Below, one piece after another: positions 49,393 to 60,309 of a stretch of DNA of 64,000 nt. The notes under the pieces were generated by a model, which was not told the DNA's origin, did no database searches, and saw only the letters and a list, made by a program, of their open reading frames with translations. The stretch spans positions 23,644-87,643 of the forward strand of contig CAWAAO010000013.1 in the NCBI GenBank assembly GCA_963780015.1, written 5' to 3'. How positions within the stretch are numbered: the stretch's first letter is position 1; each line of letters opens with the position of its first letter. Source of the stretch: an uncultured Actinomycetes bacterium (lineage in GTDB: Bacteria > Actinomycetota > UBA4738 > HRBIN12). The translations under genes were made by a program, and so were the position numbers.

Positions 49393-50070
49393 ATGGACGG
49401 TCCTGAGGAGCCCACAGAACCTGCGCCGCAACGTTCGGAGCAGGATCCCAAGCCTCCTCGCCGTCGCCGACGTCGGCGCAAACCTCGTGCCGGCGGACAG
49501 GCGAAAGCGTCGACCGCCAAGGCCGAGCAACCGCCCCCCGCACCGTCGGCCGCGGCGAAACCCAAGGCGGCGTCCGGTCGCAAGCGCTCGCGACAGAAGA
49601 AGAAGGGCGCCGGGGCGAAGAAGGGGGCCCAACGCGGGCCGAAGATCCCGACCACCAAAGAGGTATCGGCGGGCGGCGTGGTCTACCGACGCACCGACGA
49701 AGGCCTCGAGGTCGTCCTGGCGTCGCGACGCACCCGGCGGGGTCAGCTCGCGTGGGGGCTGGCGAAGGGCGGGATCGAGATGGGCGAGACCCGCGAGCAG
49801 GCCGCGATCCGCGAGGTGCGCGAGGAAACGGGCCTGACCGCCGACATCGAGGCCGATCTTGGCGACACGAAATACATGTACGTCTGGGACGACATCCGCA
49901 TCCGCAAGACGGTGCACTTCTTCCTGATGCGCCACACCGGCGGCAACGTCGAGGATCGCGACGACGAGATGGAGGAGATCCGCTGGTTCCCGATGGAGCG
50001 CGCGATCAAGCGCGCGGCGTATCGCGGTGAGCGCGACATGCTGGTCAAGGCCGCGGAGCTGCTTCGGTGA
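49393..50070 (+). CDS. NUDIX hydrolase with Lys/Arg/Pro-rich N-terminal extension (MutT4-like position)
   Basis: Nudix box GGIEMGETREQAAIREVREETGL. Confidence 0.8.
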   Translation: MDGPEEPTEPAPQRSEQDPKPPRRRRRRRKPRAGGQAKASTAKAEQPPPAPSAAAKPKAASGRKRSRQKKKGAGAKKGAQRGPKIPTTKEVSAGGVVYRRTDEGLEVVLASRRTRRGQLAWGLAKGGIEMGETREQAAIREVREETGLTADIEADLGDTKYMYVWDDIRIRKTVHFFLMRHTGGNVEDRDDEMEEIRWFPMERAIKRAAYRGERDMLVKAAELLR

Positions 50071-50843
50071 CGCCGGCCGACGCGATCATCGCGATCGCGA
50101 TCGGCCTTGCCTCGGGGGTGCTCTCCGGGCTCTTCGGCGTCGGTGGCGGCATCGTGATGACACCCGCGATGGACGCCCTGCTGCCGGTCTCCTCGATCGC
50201 CGCGATCGCGACGCCCCTGCCCGTCATCTTCCCGACCTCGATCACCGGGGCGGCGACCTACGCGAAGGCCGGGCAGGTCGACCGCCGGGCGGCCATGTGG
50301 ATGGCGACGACCGGGTTGCTGGGCGCGGCGGTGGGAGCGCTCGCCACCGAGTGGGTCGACCCCGCCCTCCTGCTGCTCGTGACGGCGGCGCTGCTCGGCT
50401 GGCAATCGGTCGGCATCATCCGCGGTCCGAAGCGAGCCGCGATCGACCCGGCCACCGGCGAGCCCGCCGTTCCGCCGGCGATCTTCGCCACGATCGGTCT
50501 GGTGGCCGGGGTGGTCTCCGGGCTCCTGGGCGTCGGCGGCGGGCTCGTCATGGTGCCGCTGTTGTCGGGGTGGTGCCGGATGCCGCTCAAGCGCGCGCTG
50601 GGCACGTCGCTGCTGACGATCCCGGCGATCGTGATCCCCGGCACGATCGTGCATGCCCTGCTCGGCAACATCGACTGGTGGGCCGCGGTGTTCCTCGTGA
50701 TCGGCGCGGTGCCCGGGGCTCGGATCGGGGCGAAGCTGGCCCTCGGCTCCGGGGAGCGAACCCTGCGGCGCACGGTCGGGACCGGCATGCTCGCGGTCGC
50801 CGTCCTCTACGCGGTCCAACAGGTGTCGGCGCTGGTGCGCTGA
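50067..50843 (+). CDS. sulfite exporter TauE/SafE family membrane protein
   Basis: duplicated GxGGG motifs (LFGVGGGIVM, LLGVGGGLVM). Confidence 0.8.
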   Translation: MTPADAIIAIAIGLASGVLSGLFGVGGGIVMTPAMDALLPVSSIAAIATPLPVIFPTSITGAATYAKAGQVDRRAAMWMATTGLLGAAVGALATEWVDPALLLLVTAALLGWQSVGIIRGPKRAAIDPATGEPAVPPAIFATIGLVAGVVSGLLGVGGGLVMVPLLSGWCRMPLKRALGTSLLTIPAIVIPGTIVHALLGNIDWWAAVFLVIGAVPGARIGAKLALGSGERTLRRTVGTGMLAVAVLYAVQQVSALVR

Positions 50844-50882
50844 GCCTCGCTCTCAGTGGGCGCCAGCGGCGTGCCCGCTACG

Positions 50883-52950
50883 ATGCGGCCCGTGAGACGC
50901 GCGCTCGGCGTGCTCGCCGCCACGCTCGTGGCGGTCGGCGCGGTCGTGGTCGTTCCCCCTGCCCAGGCGCAGGATAGCGGTGTGACGCTGCAGATCCTGC
51001 GGCAATCTCCGTGGAGCTCCAAGGGCCACCGTTCCACCTTGACCATCAACGTGGCCGCGTACAACGGCGGCGAGGACCGCCTCACGGATCTGCGGATGGA
51101 GGTGGCGTTCGGGCCGCACATCGAGTCCCGTGGCGACTACAGCGCCGTGCTGGCGTCCGGCCCCGACACGACCATCTCGAGCGTCACCGAGCCCGTTCGC
51201 GGCGCGGTGGAGCCGGGCGACAGCCGGACGATCGGGATCACGATCGATCTCGCCGAGGTGCCCGGGATCGATCAGGAAGACTCGCAGACCTACCCCGCGG
51301 TCGTGCAGCTGCTGACCGGCGACACCGTGCTCGCCTCGCTCGTGACGCCGGTGATCTACCTGGTTCGCGCTCCCGAGGCGCCGCTGCTGTCGTCCATGTG
51401 GGTGCAACTCCCGGCGCCGATCGCCTTCGGGGCCGATGGGGCGCTCGTCGATACCTCGTTCCCGGATGCGATCGGACCCGGCGGCGCGTCGCGCGAGGCG
51501 CTGGACGCGATCTCGGACGCGACCGTCGGGCGGCACCCGCACGGCCCGCTGGACCTCGTGATCGACCCGATGCTCGTCACGCAGGCGAGGGACGTCGCCG
51601 ACGGCTACCGCACGACCGACGGGACCGAGGTCGCGATCGACTCGCCCTCGGCGCGGCAGGCGCGCACCTATCTGCGCAGCGCTGGAGAACGTGGTCTCGA
51701 CGCCGGGGGCGGTCGAGGCCGTCGCGAATCCGTATGCGAACCCACTCCTGCCCGCGATGTTGCACGGAGAGCTCACGGCATCGCTCGCCGCACAGCGGGT
51801 CAGTGGGGCCGGCGTCATCGAGACTCTGGGGGCGCCGCCGATCACCACCGTGGCGAAGCCCGCCGGCGGGCAACTGACGGACGAGGTGCTCGATTGGTTG
51901 GCCCGCGTCGACACGACCGTCGTGCTGGCGGACGCCGGCACGACCGATCGAAGCGCGACACAGGGCTTCCTCGCCCCCGCGCCGACGGTCCCGGTCACGA
52001 CATCGTCGGGAACGGAGACCCTCGTGCAACCCGACCCCGACACCCAGGCCCTGTTCGACCGGTTCGACCTCTACGGCGATCCCGTCCGGGCCGCGCAGAT
52101 CGTGCTCGGCGAGCTCGCGGTGATCTGGAAGGAGGCGCCCGTCCCACCCGCACCCATCGTCCGAGGGATCGCGGTGGCACCGCCGCCAACGTTGCCGCCC
52201 GCGATGTGGTCGCCGCTCCTACGGCGGATCACCGAGGCGCCCTTCCTCGAGCCCGTGACGGCGACGGCGTTGGTCGAGCGAGTCGATCCCCCCAACCCGA
52301 ACACGGAATCGGCACTGGCGGCGCCCGCAAGCTCGTTCTTCGATCCCGCGTACGCGGACCGGATCGACAGTCTTCGCGGTCGCGTCGAGGCCTACGGGTC
52401 GATGCTCGGACCAACCAGCGACATCCCGATAGAGTTGCGGCGCAAGCTCTTCGTGGCAACCGCGCCCCCGTACGTGGGGGACCCGTCGGCGGGGGAACCC
52501 TGGCTCGCCGCGGTCGATACGACGACCCAGCAGGCGTTCGACGCCGTGATGCCGACCGTGAGCCCGGAGTTCACGTTCACGTCTCGCGAGGGAACGATCC
52601 CCATCGTGATGGGCGATCCGGGTGACACCCCGGTGCGGGTGACGGTCGAGCTCATCGCCAAGGACTTCTCCTTCCCGGAAGGAAGCAGCCAGAACGTCCT
52701 GCTGGACGGGCCCGGACAGATCGTGGAGTTCCAGGTGGTGGCCAACACGTCGGGACAGAACCCGATCCAGGTGTGGGTTCGAGCGCCCAACGGACAGCCG
52801 CTCACCGATCCACCGGGGCCGGTCACGACGATCGTCGTGCGCACCACCACGGTGAACCACATCGCGCTGCTCGTCACGATCGGGGCCGGCCTGGGCCTCC
52901 TCGCGCTGTACTCGAGGAGGTGGTTCCGACGGCGGAAGAACCCGGCGTGA
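50883..52950 (+). pseudogene. large secreted protein with C-terminal TM anchor (Rv3909-like, upstream of murJ), one frameshift (~51700)
   Basis: signal peptide ...AVVVVPPAQAQDS; ORFs 50856..52625 and 51691..52950 join; ends ...LLVTIGAGLGLLALYSRRWFRRRKNPA. Confidence 0.55.
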
Positions 52951-54584
52951 TCCCGATCGAAGATGCCGACTCGCGGGAGGAGACGACACGCTCCACCGCC
53001 GTGATGTCGACCGGGACCCTGCTGTCCCGCGGCACCGGGCTCGTCCGCGTCGCGGTGACGCTGGCCGCGCTGGGCACCTTCGCCATCTCCGACGCCTACG
53101 CGAAGGCGAACACCACCCCCAACATCGTGTACGAGCTGGTGCTCGGAGGCATCCTCACCAGCGTCTTCGTCCCGCTCCTCGTCGACTGGGCGCGCACGAA
53201 CGGCACCGAGGCTGCGTGGGAGGTCGGCAGCCGGTTCCTGACGATCGTGCTGGTGGTCCTGTCGGCCGTCACGGCGATCGCGATGATCTTCGCGCCGCAG
53301 ATCATGCGGTTCTACCTGGGCGGCGTGGAGAACCTCGCCGACCGGCAGGCCGAGCTCGAGGTCGGCACCTTCTTCCTGCGGTGGTTCCTGCCGCAGATCG
53401 TCTTCTACGGGATCGGCGCCGTCGCGGCGGGGATGCTGACCGCGAACCGCCGCTTCTCGGCGCCGATGTTCGCGCCCGTGCTCAACAACATCGTCGTGAT
53501 CGTGACGATGGTGGTGTTCATGGCGTTGCGCCACGGCGCCGACCCCACGATCGCAAGCGTCACCACCGGTCAGCGACTCCTCTTGGCGGCGGGGACCACC
53601 CTCGGTGTCGTCACGATGACGGTCGCGCTGTGGCCGTCGCTGCGACGTTTGGGGTTCCGGTGGCACCTGCGGTTCGACTGGCGACACGAGACCGTGCGTC
53701 GGCTCCTGCATCTCGCCCGGTGGGTGGTCGTCTACGTCGTCGCCAACCAGATCGCGTACTTCATCATCATCCGGCTCAGCGGTCGCATCCCGGTCGAGGG
53801 CGCCTACGTCGTGTACGCGAACGCATTCATCTTCTTCTCGCTTCCGCACGCGATCATCGCCGTGTCGATCTTCACCGCGTTGCTGCCGGGCATGTCCGCT
53901 CGCTGGACGGATCGCCACACGGCGGGCGTCCGGGAGCTGTTCTCCCGCGGGCTCCGGGACACCGAGATCGCGATGATCCCCGCCGCCGCCGGCTACGCCG
54001 TGCTCGCCGGGCCGATCGCCGAGCTGGTGGCGAGCTACGGCCACATGGCTCCCGCGAACACCGCGCTGCTCGGGCGGACGCTCGCGGCGTTCGCCATCGG
54101 GCTGCCCTTCTTCTCCGCCTTTCAGTTCCTGACGCGGACCTTCTACGCGACCCAGGATGCGAAGACACCCGCGCTCGCCAACATCGCGGTGGCGATCGTG
54201 AACCTCGGGGCCGACCTGTGGCTCGCGATCGGGCTCGGATTGGGCGTGGTCGGTCTCGCGCTCGGATACGCGATCTCGTATCTGGCGGGCACGATCATCC
54301 TGTATGCGTTGGTCCACAAGCGTCTCGAGGGGGCCGACGGACGACGGATCCTCGCAACGATCACGCGAACGCTGGCCGCATCGTTCCTCACCGCGGCGGC
54401 CGCGTGGGGCGCCGCCGCCGGGGTCGCCGCGGTCCTCGACGTCTCGCGCCCGCTCATGCGGCTCGTCCAGGTGGCCGTCGCGGTTGCGGCCGGTGTGCTT
54501 GCCTTCGCGCTGGGCGCCCTTATCTTCAGGATCCAGGAGGCCGATGAGGTCTGGCAGGCCCTGAGCGCGAGGTTCCGACGATGA
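52947..54584 (+). CDS. murJ: lipid II flippase MurJ (MviN), without kinase-like extension
   Basis: 545 aa polytopic; GTG 52947 overlapping upstream stop (alternative ATG 53007). Confidence 0.85.
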   Translation: MIPIEDADSREETTRSTAVMSTGTLLSRGTGLVRVAVTLAALGTFAISDAYAKANTTPNIVYELVLGGILTSVFVPLLVDWARTNGTEAAWEVGSRFLTIVLVVLSAVTAIAMIFAPQIMRFYLGGVENLADRQAELEVGTFFLRWFLPQIVFYGIGAVAAGMLTANRRFSAPMFAPVLNNIVVIVTMVVFMALRHGADPTIASVTTGQRLLLAAGTTLGVVTMTVALWPSLRRLGFRWHLRFDWRHETVRRLLHLARWVVVYVVANQIAYFIIIRLSGRIPVEGAYVVYANAFIFFSLPHAIIAVSIFTALLPGMSARWTDRHTAGVRELFSRGLRDTEIAMIPAAAGYAVLAGPIAELVASYGHMAPANTALLGRTLAAFAIGLPFFSAFQFLTRTFYATQDAKTPALANIAVAIVNLGADLWLAIGLGLGVVGLALGYAISYLAGTIILYALVHKRLEGADGRRILATITRTLAASFLTAAAAWGAAAGVAAVLDVSRPLMRLVQVAVAVAAGVLAFALGALIFRIQEADEVWQALSARFRR

Positions 54585-55002
54585 CGCCCGCACACCCATC
54601 CAGATCGCTGCACGACCAGGCCGGCCTGATCGGCAAGGTCGCGGTGTTCTGGATCATCGCCGCGCTGCTCGCGGCGCTCCTGATCCTCGACGCGCTCTCG
54701 ATCGTGCTGACCACCTTCAGGCTCTCGAGCACCGCGCAGGGGGCCGCCTCCACCGCGGCGACGACGTACAAGAACTCGCACAACACGGCGGATGCATGCG
54801 AGGCGGCGGGCGTCGAGCTGCTCCGCGACAACACCCCGGTCCCCGAGAGCGAGGGGTGGTGCAAGATCAACACGACCACCGGGATCGGCCGTCGATCTCG
54901 CTGCACGCGGTCGCGTCGAGCCTGGTCCTGGGTCGTCTCTCCGTCACCGAGGACTACACGAAGATCTCCGTCAAGGAGACCGCCGAGCCGTCGTCGTTGT
55001 AG
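54581..55002 (+). pseudogene. small membrane protein between murJ and ECF sigma gene, one frameshift (~54890)
   Basis: ATGA-coupled to murJ; TM KVAVFWIIAALLAALLILDALSIVL; C-terminus continues in ORF 54796..55002 frame. Confidence 0.35.
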
Positions 55003-55011
55003 CGTGCCGTC

Positions 55012-55611
55012 GTGACCGACGCTCCCGACGAGCACCTCGTCCAGCGCTTCCTCGCGGGCGACGCGAGCGCGTTCTCGGAGCTCGTCACGAGACACGAACG
55101 CCGCGTGTACGGCCTCTGCCTCCGGATCCTCGGCGACCGGGAGGATGCCGCCGATGCCGCGCAGGACGCCTTCCTGATGGTCGTCCGCAAGCTCGAGCAG
55201 TTCCGCGGCGACTCGGCCTTCTCCACCTGGTTGCATCGCGTGACCGTGAACGTCTGCTACGACCACCTTCGCAAGGCGCAGCGGCGGCCGGTGCTGCATC
55301 GCGTCGATGAGGACCGCCCCGAGCCCGAGGCGGGTCCGCCGGTCCCCGACCATGCCGACGCCGTCGCCGACGCCCACGACGTCGCGGGCGCCCTCGCGAC
55401 CGTGCCCGAGGATTTCCGGATCGCGCTCGTGCTGGCCGACGTGCAGGACCTGCCGTATGAGGAGATCGCGCGTGTGCTCGACGTGCCGGTCGGCACGGTG
55501 AAGTCGCGGGTCCACCGCGGCCGGCTCGCGCTGGCGCGGGCGATGGGCATCGGAGCCGAAGGCACCGGGGAACCGAACGACACGTCCGTGACGTCTGAGG
55601 AGCAGTCATGA
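55012..55611 (+). CDS. ECF RNA polymerase sigma factor (SigM/SigR-like)
   Basis: sigma-70 region 2 ([19 protein letters not shown]) and region 4 ([25 protein letters not shown]). Confidence 0.85.
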   Translation: MTDAPDEHLVQRFLAGDASAFSELVTRHERRVYGLCLRILGDREDAADAAQDAFLMVVRKLEQFRGDSAFSTWLHRVTVNVCYDHLRKAQRRPVLHRVDEDRPEPEAGPPVPDHADAVADAHDVAGALATVPEDFRIALVLADVQDLPYEEIARVLDVPVGTVKSRVHRGRLALARAMGIGAEGTGEPNDTSVTSEEQS

Positions 55612-56427
55612 CGCATCCAGGACCCGAGCTCGCCGAGTACGTCGACGGCACGCTGACCCCGTCGCGGACCGCTCGCATCGACGAGCACCTTCGTACGTGT
55701 GCAACCTGCCGCGCCGAGGTCCGCCTCGCGATCGCCGCTCGGGAGGCCCTGGCGGCGACCCCGAGCCCGGCCCCGCCCGCGGGACTGGCGGACGCGGCGA
55801 TCGCGGAGGCGCAGGAGCAGGCGGCAGCTCGGGCGCAGGAGGGATCGGCCCCGCGCGACCTGGCCTCGCACCGGCCGCGGCCCACCACACCACGGTGGTT
55901 GGCCATCGCCGGGGCCGCGGCCGTGATCGCCCTCGTCGCACTCATCGTGCCGAAGCTCGGTCAGCCCGGGTCATCGCCCGCGTCCATGGCCGCGGGCGCG
56001 TCGGACACGGCGCAACCGGCGGCGAGCACGGTCGAGGTGCAACACGTCGACTACGGGACCGACTTCCTGGCCGAGTTCGCGGCCGCCTACGACAGCGTGG
56101 CGGGGGCGCAGGGTCGGCACCCCGGCGCCCGTCCCGGGCGAGGCCGCCTCCCCCGGCCCGATCTCCACGGTCGCCGGCCAGGAGGAGGCGGCGAAGCTCC
56201 TCCCCGAACGCCTTCCCGCCGCCACACGCTGTCTCGACCGGGCGTACGACAATCAGGGCGGCACCCTGACGCGGGTGATCCTCGCTCGCTACGCGGGACA
56301 ACCCGCATACCTGGGCGTCTACCTCCAGAGCCCCGGCGCCGGCCTCGAGCCCAACGTCGTCCTGGTCGTGGTGGCCTCGGTGCACGGGTGCGATCTCCTC
56401 GCCACGGGACAGTTCCGGCTGCGCTGA
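55608..56427 (+). pseudogene. zinc-binding (ZAS, HxxxCxxC) anti-sigma factor with TM segment, one frameshift (~56100)
   Basis: EHLRTCATC motif near N-terminus; [20 protein letters not shown]; C-terminal third in another frame ending ...[15 protein letters not shown]. Confidence 0.65.
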
Positions 56428-56474
56428 GCCCGGGAATAGGCGGGCGTTTTCCCGTATGGGAGGATGCCCCGAAG

Positions 56475-57413
56475 ATGACCGAGCAGCTGCGCAACGTGAT
56501 CGTGATCGGCTCCGGACCGGCCGGCTACACCGCGGCCCTCTATGCCGCGCGGGCCGACCTCGAGCCGCTCGTCCTCAAGGGGCTGGAGGCCGGCGGTCAG
56601 CTGATGCTGACGACCGACGTCGAGAACTACCCCGGGTTCGCCGACGGGATCATGGGGCCCGAGCTCATGGACCAGATGGAGAAGCAGGCGCAGCGCTTCG
56701 GGGCCGAGATCCTGGCCGTCCATGTCACCGAGGTCGACCTCTCGTCGCGTCCGTTCCTGGTGAAGGCGGGCGACCAGGCCTGGCGGGCCCGCACCCTGAT
56801 CATCGCCACCGGCGCGACGGCGCGCTGGCTCGACATCCCCGGGGAGGAGCGGCTGCGAGGTCGGGGCGTCAGCGCCTGCGCCACGTGCGACGGCTTCTTC
56901 TTCCGCGATCGCGAACTGGTCGTGGTCGGCGGCGGGGACACCGCCATGGAGGAGGCGACCTTCCTGACGAAGTTCGCGTCGAAGGTGACCATCGTGCATC
57001 GACGCGACGCGTTCCGTGCCTCCAAGGTCATGCAGGATCGGGTGTTCGCGCACCCGAAGATCGAGGTCCTGTGGGACACCGTCCTGGAGGAGATCGAGGG
57101 CGACCAGGCCGTGACCGGCGTGGTGGTGCGTCACGTCAAGACGGGCGAGACCTCCGCGTTGTCGACCGACGGGGTGTTCATGGCGATCGGGCACGACCCG
57201 GCGACCGCGCTGTTCGGCGGCCAGCTGGAGACCGACGACGAGGGTTACCTCGTCGTGCGGGAGCCCTCGACCGAGACGAACGTCCACGGGGTCTTCGCGG
57301 CCGGCGACGTGACCGACCACACCTATCGACAGGCGGTGACGGCCGCCGGCCAGGGATGCAAGGCGGCGATCGACGCCGAGCGGCTCCTCGGCGAGGACCT
57401 CCACACGCCGTAA
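56475..57413 (+). CDS. trxB: thioredoxin-disulfide reductase
   Basis: [18 protein letters not shown] motif, CATC redox centre, [15 protein letters not shown] motif; 312 aa. Confidence 0.9.
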   Translation: MTEQLRNVIVIGSGPAGYTAALYAARADLEPLVLKGLEAGGQLMLTTDVENYPGFADGIMGPELMDQMEKQAQRFGAEILAVHVTEVDLSSRPFLVKAGDQAWRARTLIIATGATARWLDIPGEERLRGRGVSACATCDGFFFRDRELVVVGGGDTAMEEATFLTKFASKVTIVHRRDAFRASKVMQDRVFAHPKIEVLWDTVLEEIEGDQAVTGVVVRHVKTGETSALSTDGVFMAIGHDPATALFGGQLETDDEGYLVVREPSTETNVHGVFAAGDVTDHTYRQAVTAAGQGCKAAIDAERLLGEDLHTP

Positions 57414-57498
57414 GCAGGAATGCGGACGCCCTCGTGTGCGTTCTGGGAACGTAGTGCCACGGTTTGCGGTGCGATAACGACGATCAAGGAGTCCCGAG

Positions 57499-57825
57499 AT
57501 GGCGAACATCGGAGCAGTCGGCGACAGCGATTTCCAGACGACGGTGTTGGACTCCGACACCCCGGTCCTCGTCGACTTCTGGGCGGAATGGTGCGTCCCG
57601 TGTCACATGGTCTCCCCCGTGGTCGAGGAGATCGGCACCGAGAAGGGTGCGTCGCTGAAGGTCGCCAAGCTCAACATCGACGACAACCCGCAAGCCACGC
57701 GCACCTACGGCGTGATGTCGATCCCGTCGCTGATCCTGTTCAAGGGCGGCCAAGAGGTCGCGCGCGTCGTCGGGGCGAAGCCCAAGGACGCGATCCTGCG
57801 CGATATCGGTTCGCATATCGGGTGA
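57499..57825 (+). CDS. trxA: thioredoxin (atypical WCVPCH active site)
   Basis: VLVDFWAEWCVPCHMVSPV; 108 aa. Confidence 0.85.
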   Translation: MANIGAVGDSDFQTTVLDSDTPVLVDFWAEWCVPCHMVSPVVEEIGTEKGASLKVAKLNIDDNPQATRTYGVMSIPSLILFKGGQEVARVVGAKPKDAILRDIGSHIG

Positions 57826-57862
57826 CGTTGCCGCGTCCTCGGCGCGGTCGCACACTGCACGT

Positions 57863-58891
57863 GTGCAGATCTATCGACTCGGCGACGAGGGCCCCGAGAT
57901 CCTCGACATCCAGCACCGGCTGCACGAGCTCGGCTTCTTGCTCTCCGTGAGCGAACCCAGCGTCTACGGGGAGCAGACGCAGTCGGCCGTGCGAGCGTTC
58001 CAAGCGCAGCGAAGCCTTCGGGTCGACGGGATCGTGGGACCCGACACCTGGGGACAGCTCATCGAAGCGGGCTTCCGGCTGGGCGACCGAACCCTGTACG
58101 TCCATGCGCCGCTGCTGCGGGGAGACGACGTGCGCGCCCTGCAGCGCAAGCTCGACGCACTCGGGTTCGATCCCGGCAAGCAGGACGGCATGTACGGTCC
58201 GGCGACCGACGCCGCGCTGCGCGAGTTCCAGCGCAACGTCGGCGAGGACGTGGACGGCGTGGTCGGCCTGCACACGATCGCGACGCTCGAGCGGATGCGG
58301 CCCCTGGACGACGTCCCCGGTCGAGGCGTGGTTCGCGAAACGGAGGAGCTTCGCGCGAGCCGCGGCCGTCTCGACGGGCACGTGATCGCGATCGATCCGG
58401 GTCTGGCGCCGTCCGACGGCACGCCGGACGTGCATCTCACCCTCGCACGCGCGGTTGCCCTCGAGCTGACGCGGCTCGGTGCGAAGCCCGAGATCCTGCG
58501 TGAGGGCTCCGAAAACCCGAGCCCATCCGCACGCGCCGCGATGGCCAACACCATGGACGCCATGGCCTGCGTGTCGTTGCACCTCGACGAGAGCCCGCCG
58601 GAATCGAGCGGGCCGACCTGCTCCTACTTCGGCTCGCAGGCGACGCATTCCCCCGCCGGCCGCCATCTCGCGGAGCTCATCCTGCAGGAGTTGGAGAACG
58701 AGCTACAGCTCCGTGGCCGTGTGCAGGGTCTGACGGTGTCGATGTTGCGAGAGACGAGGATGCCTGCGGTGCAGGTCGAAGCGTTGACGCCCGCGAACGA
58801 GGCGGAGGCCGCGGCGCTGCGGGGACCCGACACGACGACGCGCGTCGGTCGCGCCATCGCCGAGGGCGTGCGGCGGTTCTTCGAGGACTAG
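57863..58891 (+). CDS. cwlM: CwlM-like N-acetylmuramoyl-L-alanine amidase with two peptidoglycan-binding domains
   Basis: two PG_binding_1 repeats (DGIVGPDTWGQL; DGMYGPATDAAL) then amidase_3 region; GTG start. Confidence 0.8.
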   Translation: MQIYRLGDEGPEILDIQHRLHELGFLLSVSEPSVYGEQTQSAVRAFQAQRSLRVDGIVGPDTWGQLIEAGFRLGDRTLYVHAPLLRGDDVRALQRKLDALGFDPGKQDGMYGPATDAALREFQRNVGEDVDGVVGLHTIATLERMRPLDDVPGRGVVRETEELRASRGRLDGHVIAIDPGLAPSDGTPDVHLTLARAVALELTRLGAKPEILREGSENPSPSARAAMANTMDAMACVSLHLDESPPESSGPTCSYFGSQATHSPAGRHLAELILQELENELQLRGRVQGLTVSMLRETRMPAVQVEALTPANEAEAAALRGPDTTTRVGRAIAEGVRRFFED

Positions 58892-59027
58892 CGGCGGCGT
58901 CCGAGCAGCGCGAGCACCAGCCCGAACACGGCGCCGAGCACGGCCGCGCGCATGCCGCGCTGCCGCTCCGTCAAGAATCGCTCGGCGCCCCATCGGTCTC
59001 GGCGGTCATGGCGGATAGGCTACCGCC

Positions 59028-59981
59028 ATGCGCGCATGCCTCATGATCGAGGGACAGCAGGGTGTCACGTGGCGGGACTGGTGCGCGTTGGCCGACCTCG
59101 CCGAGCGCACGGGCTTCGAGGGTCTCTTCCGCTCGGACCACTACTTCAGCGGCACCGGCGTGTCCGGCGTCGGCGCGACCGACGCGTGGACGGTCCTCGG
59201 CGCGCTCGCCGCCCGGACGTCGACCCTTCGGCTCGGCACGCTGGTCTCCCCCGTGACGTTTCGCGATCCGGCGGTCCTTGCCCGCGCGGCCCTCACGGTG
59301 GATCTGATCAGCGACGGCCGCGTCGAGATCGGGATGGGCGCGGGGTGGTGGGAAGAGGAGCACACCCGTTTCGGACTCCCCTTCTACGACGTGGGCCGTC
59401 GGTGGGAGATGCTCGAGGAGCAGGTTCCGATCGTCCACGGGCTCTTCACGGAGGAGGAGTTCTCGTTTCAGGGCAAGCACTATCAGCTCGATGGCGCCGA
59501 CCAGCTGCCGCGATCCGTCCAGCGGCCACGGCCGCCGCTGATCCTGGGAGGCACGGCGGTCGGCCCCCGCATGCAGGCGTTGATCGGCGCCTTCGCGGAT
59601 GAGTTCAACACGGTCGGCGGCTCGCCCGCGAAGGTCGGCGAACGTCTCGCGCGGGCGCGCCAGGCGGTCGCCGCCGCCGGGCGGGAGCAGGCCTCGCTCG
59701 TCACATCGCTCATGACCTGGATATTCGTGGGTCGCACCGAGGCGGCGTACCTCGAGCGATTGCGACGAGCGCACGCGCTCGATCCGAAGGCGGGCCCGTT
59801 CGACGCCTACCGCGCGGACATCGAGGCGGACTGCATCGTCGGCACACCTGCGCAGGCGATCGAACTGCTCAACGCCTACGCCGCCGTCGGCGTCCAACGC
59901 GTGTTCCTCAACCACGAGTTGTACGACGATCTCGAGATGCTGGAGTTGGTCGCCACGGACATCTTGCCGGAGGTGCGCTGA
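59028..59981 (+). CDS. LLM-class (luciferase-like) F420/flavin-dependent oxidoreductase
   Basis: 317 aa TIM-barrel LLM signatures (GLFRSDHY, EIGMGAGWWEEEH). Confidence 0.8.
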   Translation: MRACLMIEGQQGVTWRDWCALADLAERTGFEGLFRSDHYFSGTGVSGVGATDAWTVLGALAARTSTLRLGTLVSPVTFRDPAVLARAALTVDLISDGRVEIGMGAGWWEEEHTRFGLPFYDVGRRWEMLEEQVPIVHGLFTEEEFSFQGKHYQLDGADQLPRSVQRPRPPLILGGTAVGPRMQALIGAFADEFNTVGGSPAKVGERLARARQAVAAAGREQASLVTSLMTWIFVGRTEAAYLERLRRAHALDPKAGPFDAYRADIEADCIVGTPAQAIELLNAYAAVGVQRVFLNHELYDDLEMLELVATDILPEVR

Positions 59982-60268
59982 TGGGATGGGCGGTGTCGGG
60001 AATCTTCCTGCTGTTCTTCCTGGTGTTCGTGGTCGGTGGGCTCGCGGTGCTGATCTACGCGCTGGTCGACGCGATCCGGATGCCGAGTGACGCGGACTTC
60101 AAGGCGGGCACGCAGTTGGTCTGGATCCTCGTGATCCTTCTGGCGCAAGTGATCGGCGCGATCATCTACCTGGTCGTCGGCCGCCCCCCGGGCGGCGCGA
60201 CGGCGGCACGCGAACACCCGCGCCCGCCCGCGTCGATCCCACCACCACCGACCGGAGTCGTCGGCTGA
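59981..60268 (+). CDS. PLDc_N-domain small membrane protein
   Basis: KAGTQLVWILVILLAQVIGAIIYLVVGR motif; TGATG overlap with upstream stop. Confidence 0.6.
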   Translation: MGWAVSGIFLLFFLVFVVGGLAVLIYALVDAIRMPSDADFKAGTQLVWILVILLAQVIGAIIYLVVGRPPGGATAAREHPRPPASIPPPPTGVVG

Positions 60269-60309
60269 CCCGCTGCTAGGCTGGCGCGTTCCCCGACCCC
60301 TTTGCGCCC

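Noticed and set aside
58890-58958. 21-aa hydrophobic micro-ORF (MRAAVLGAVFGLVLALLGRRR) convergent with cwlM, sharing the CTAG at its stop
   Set aside because: No RBS. Trivially produced by GC-rich antisense. Kept only as a curiosity.
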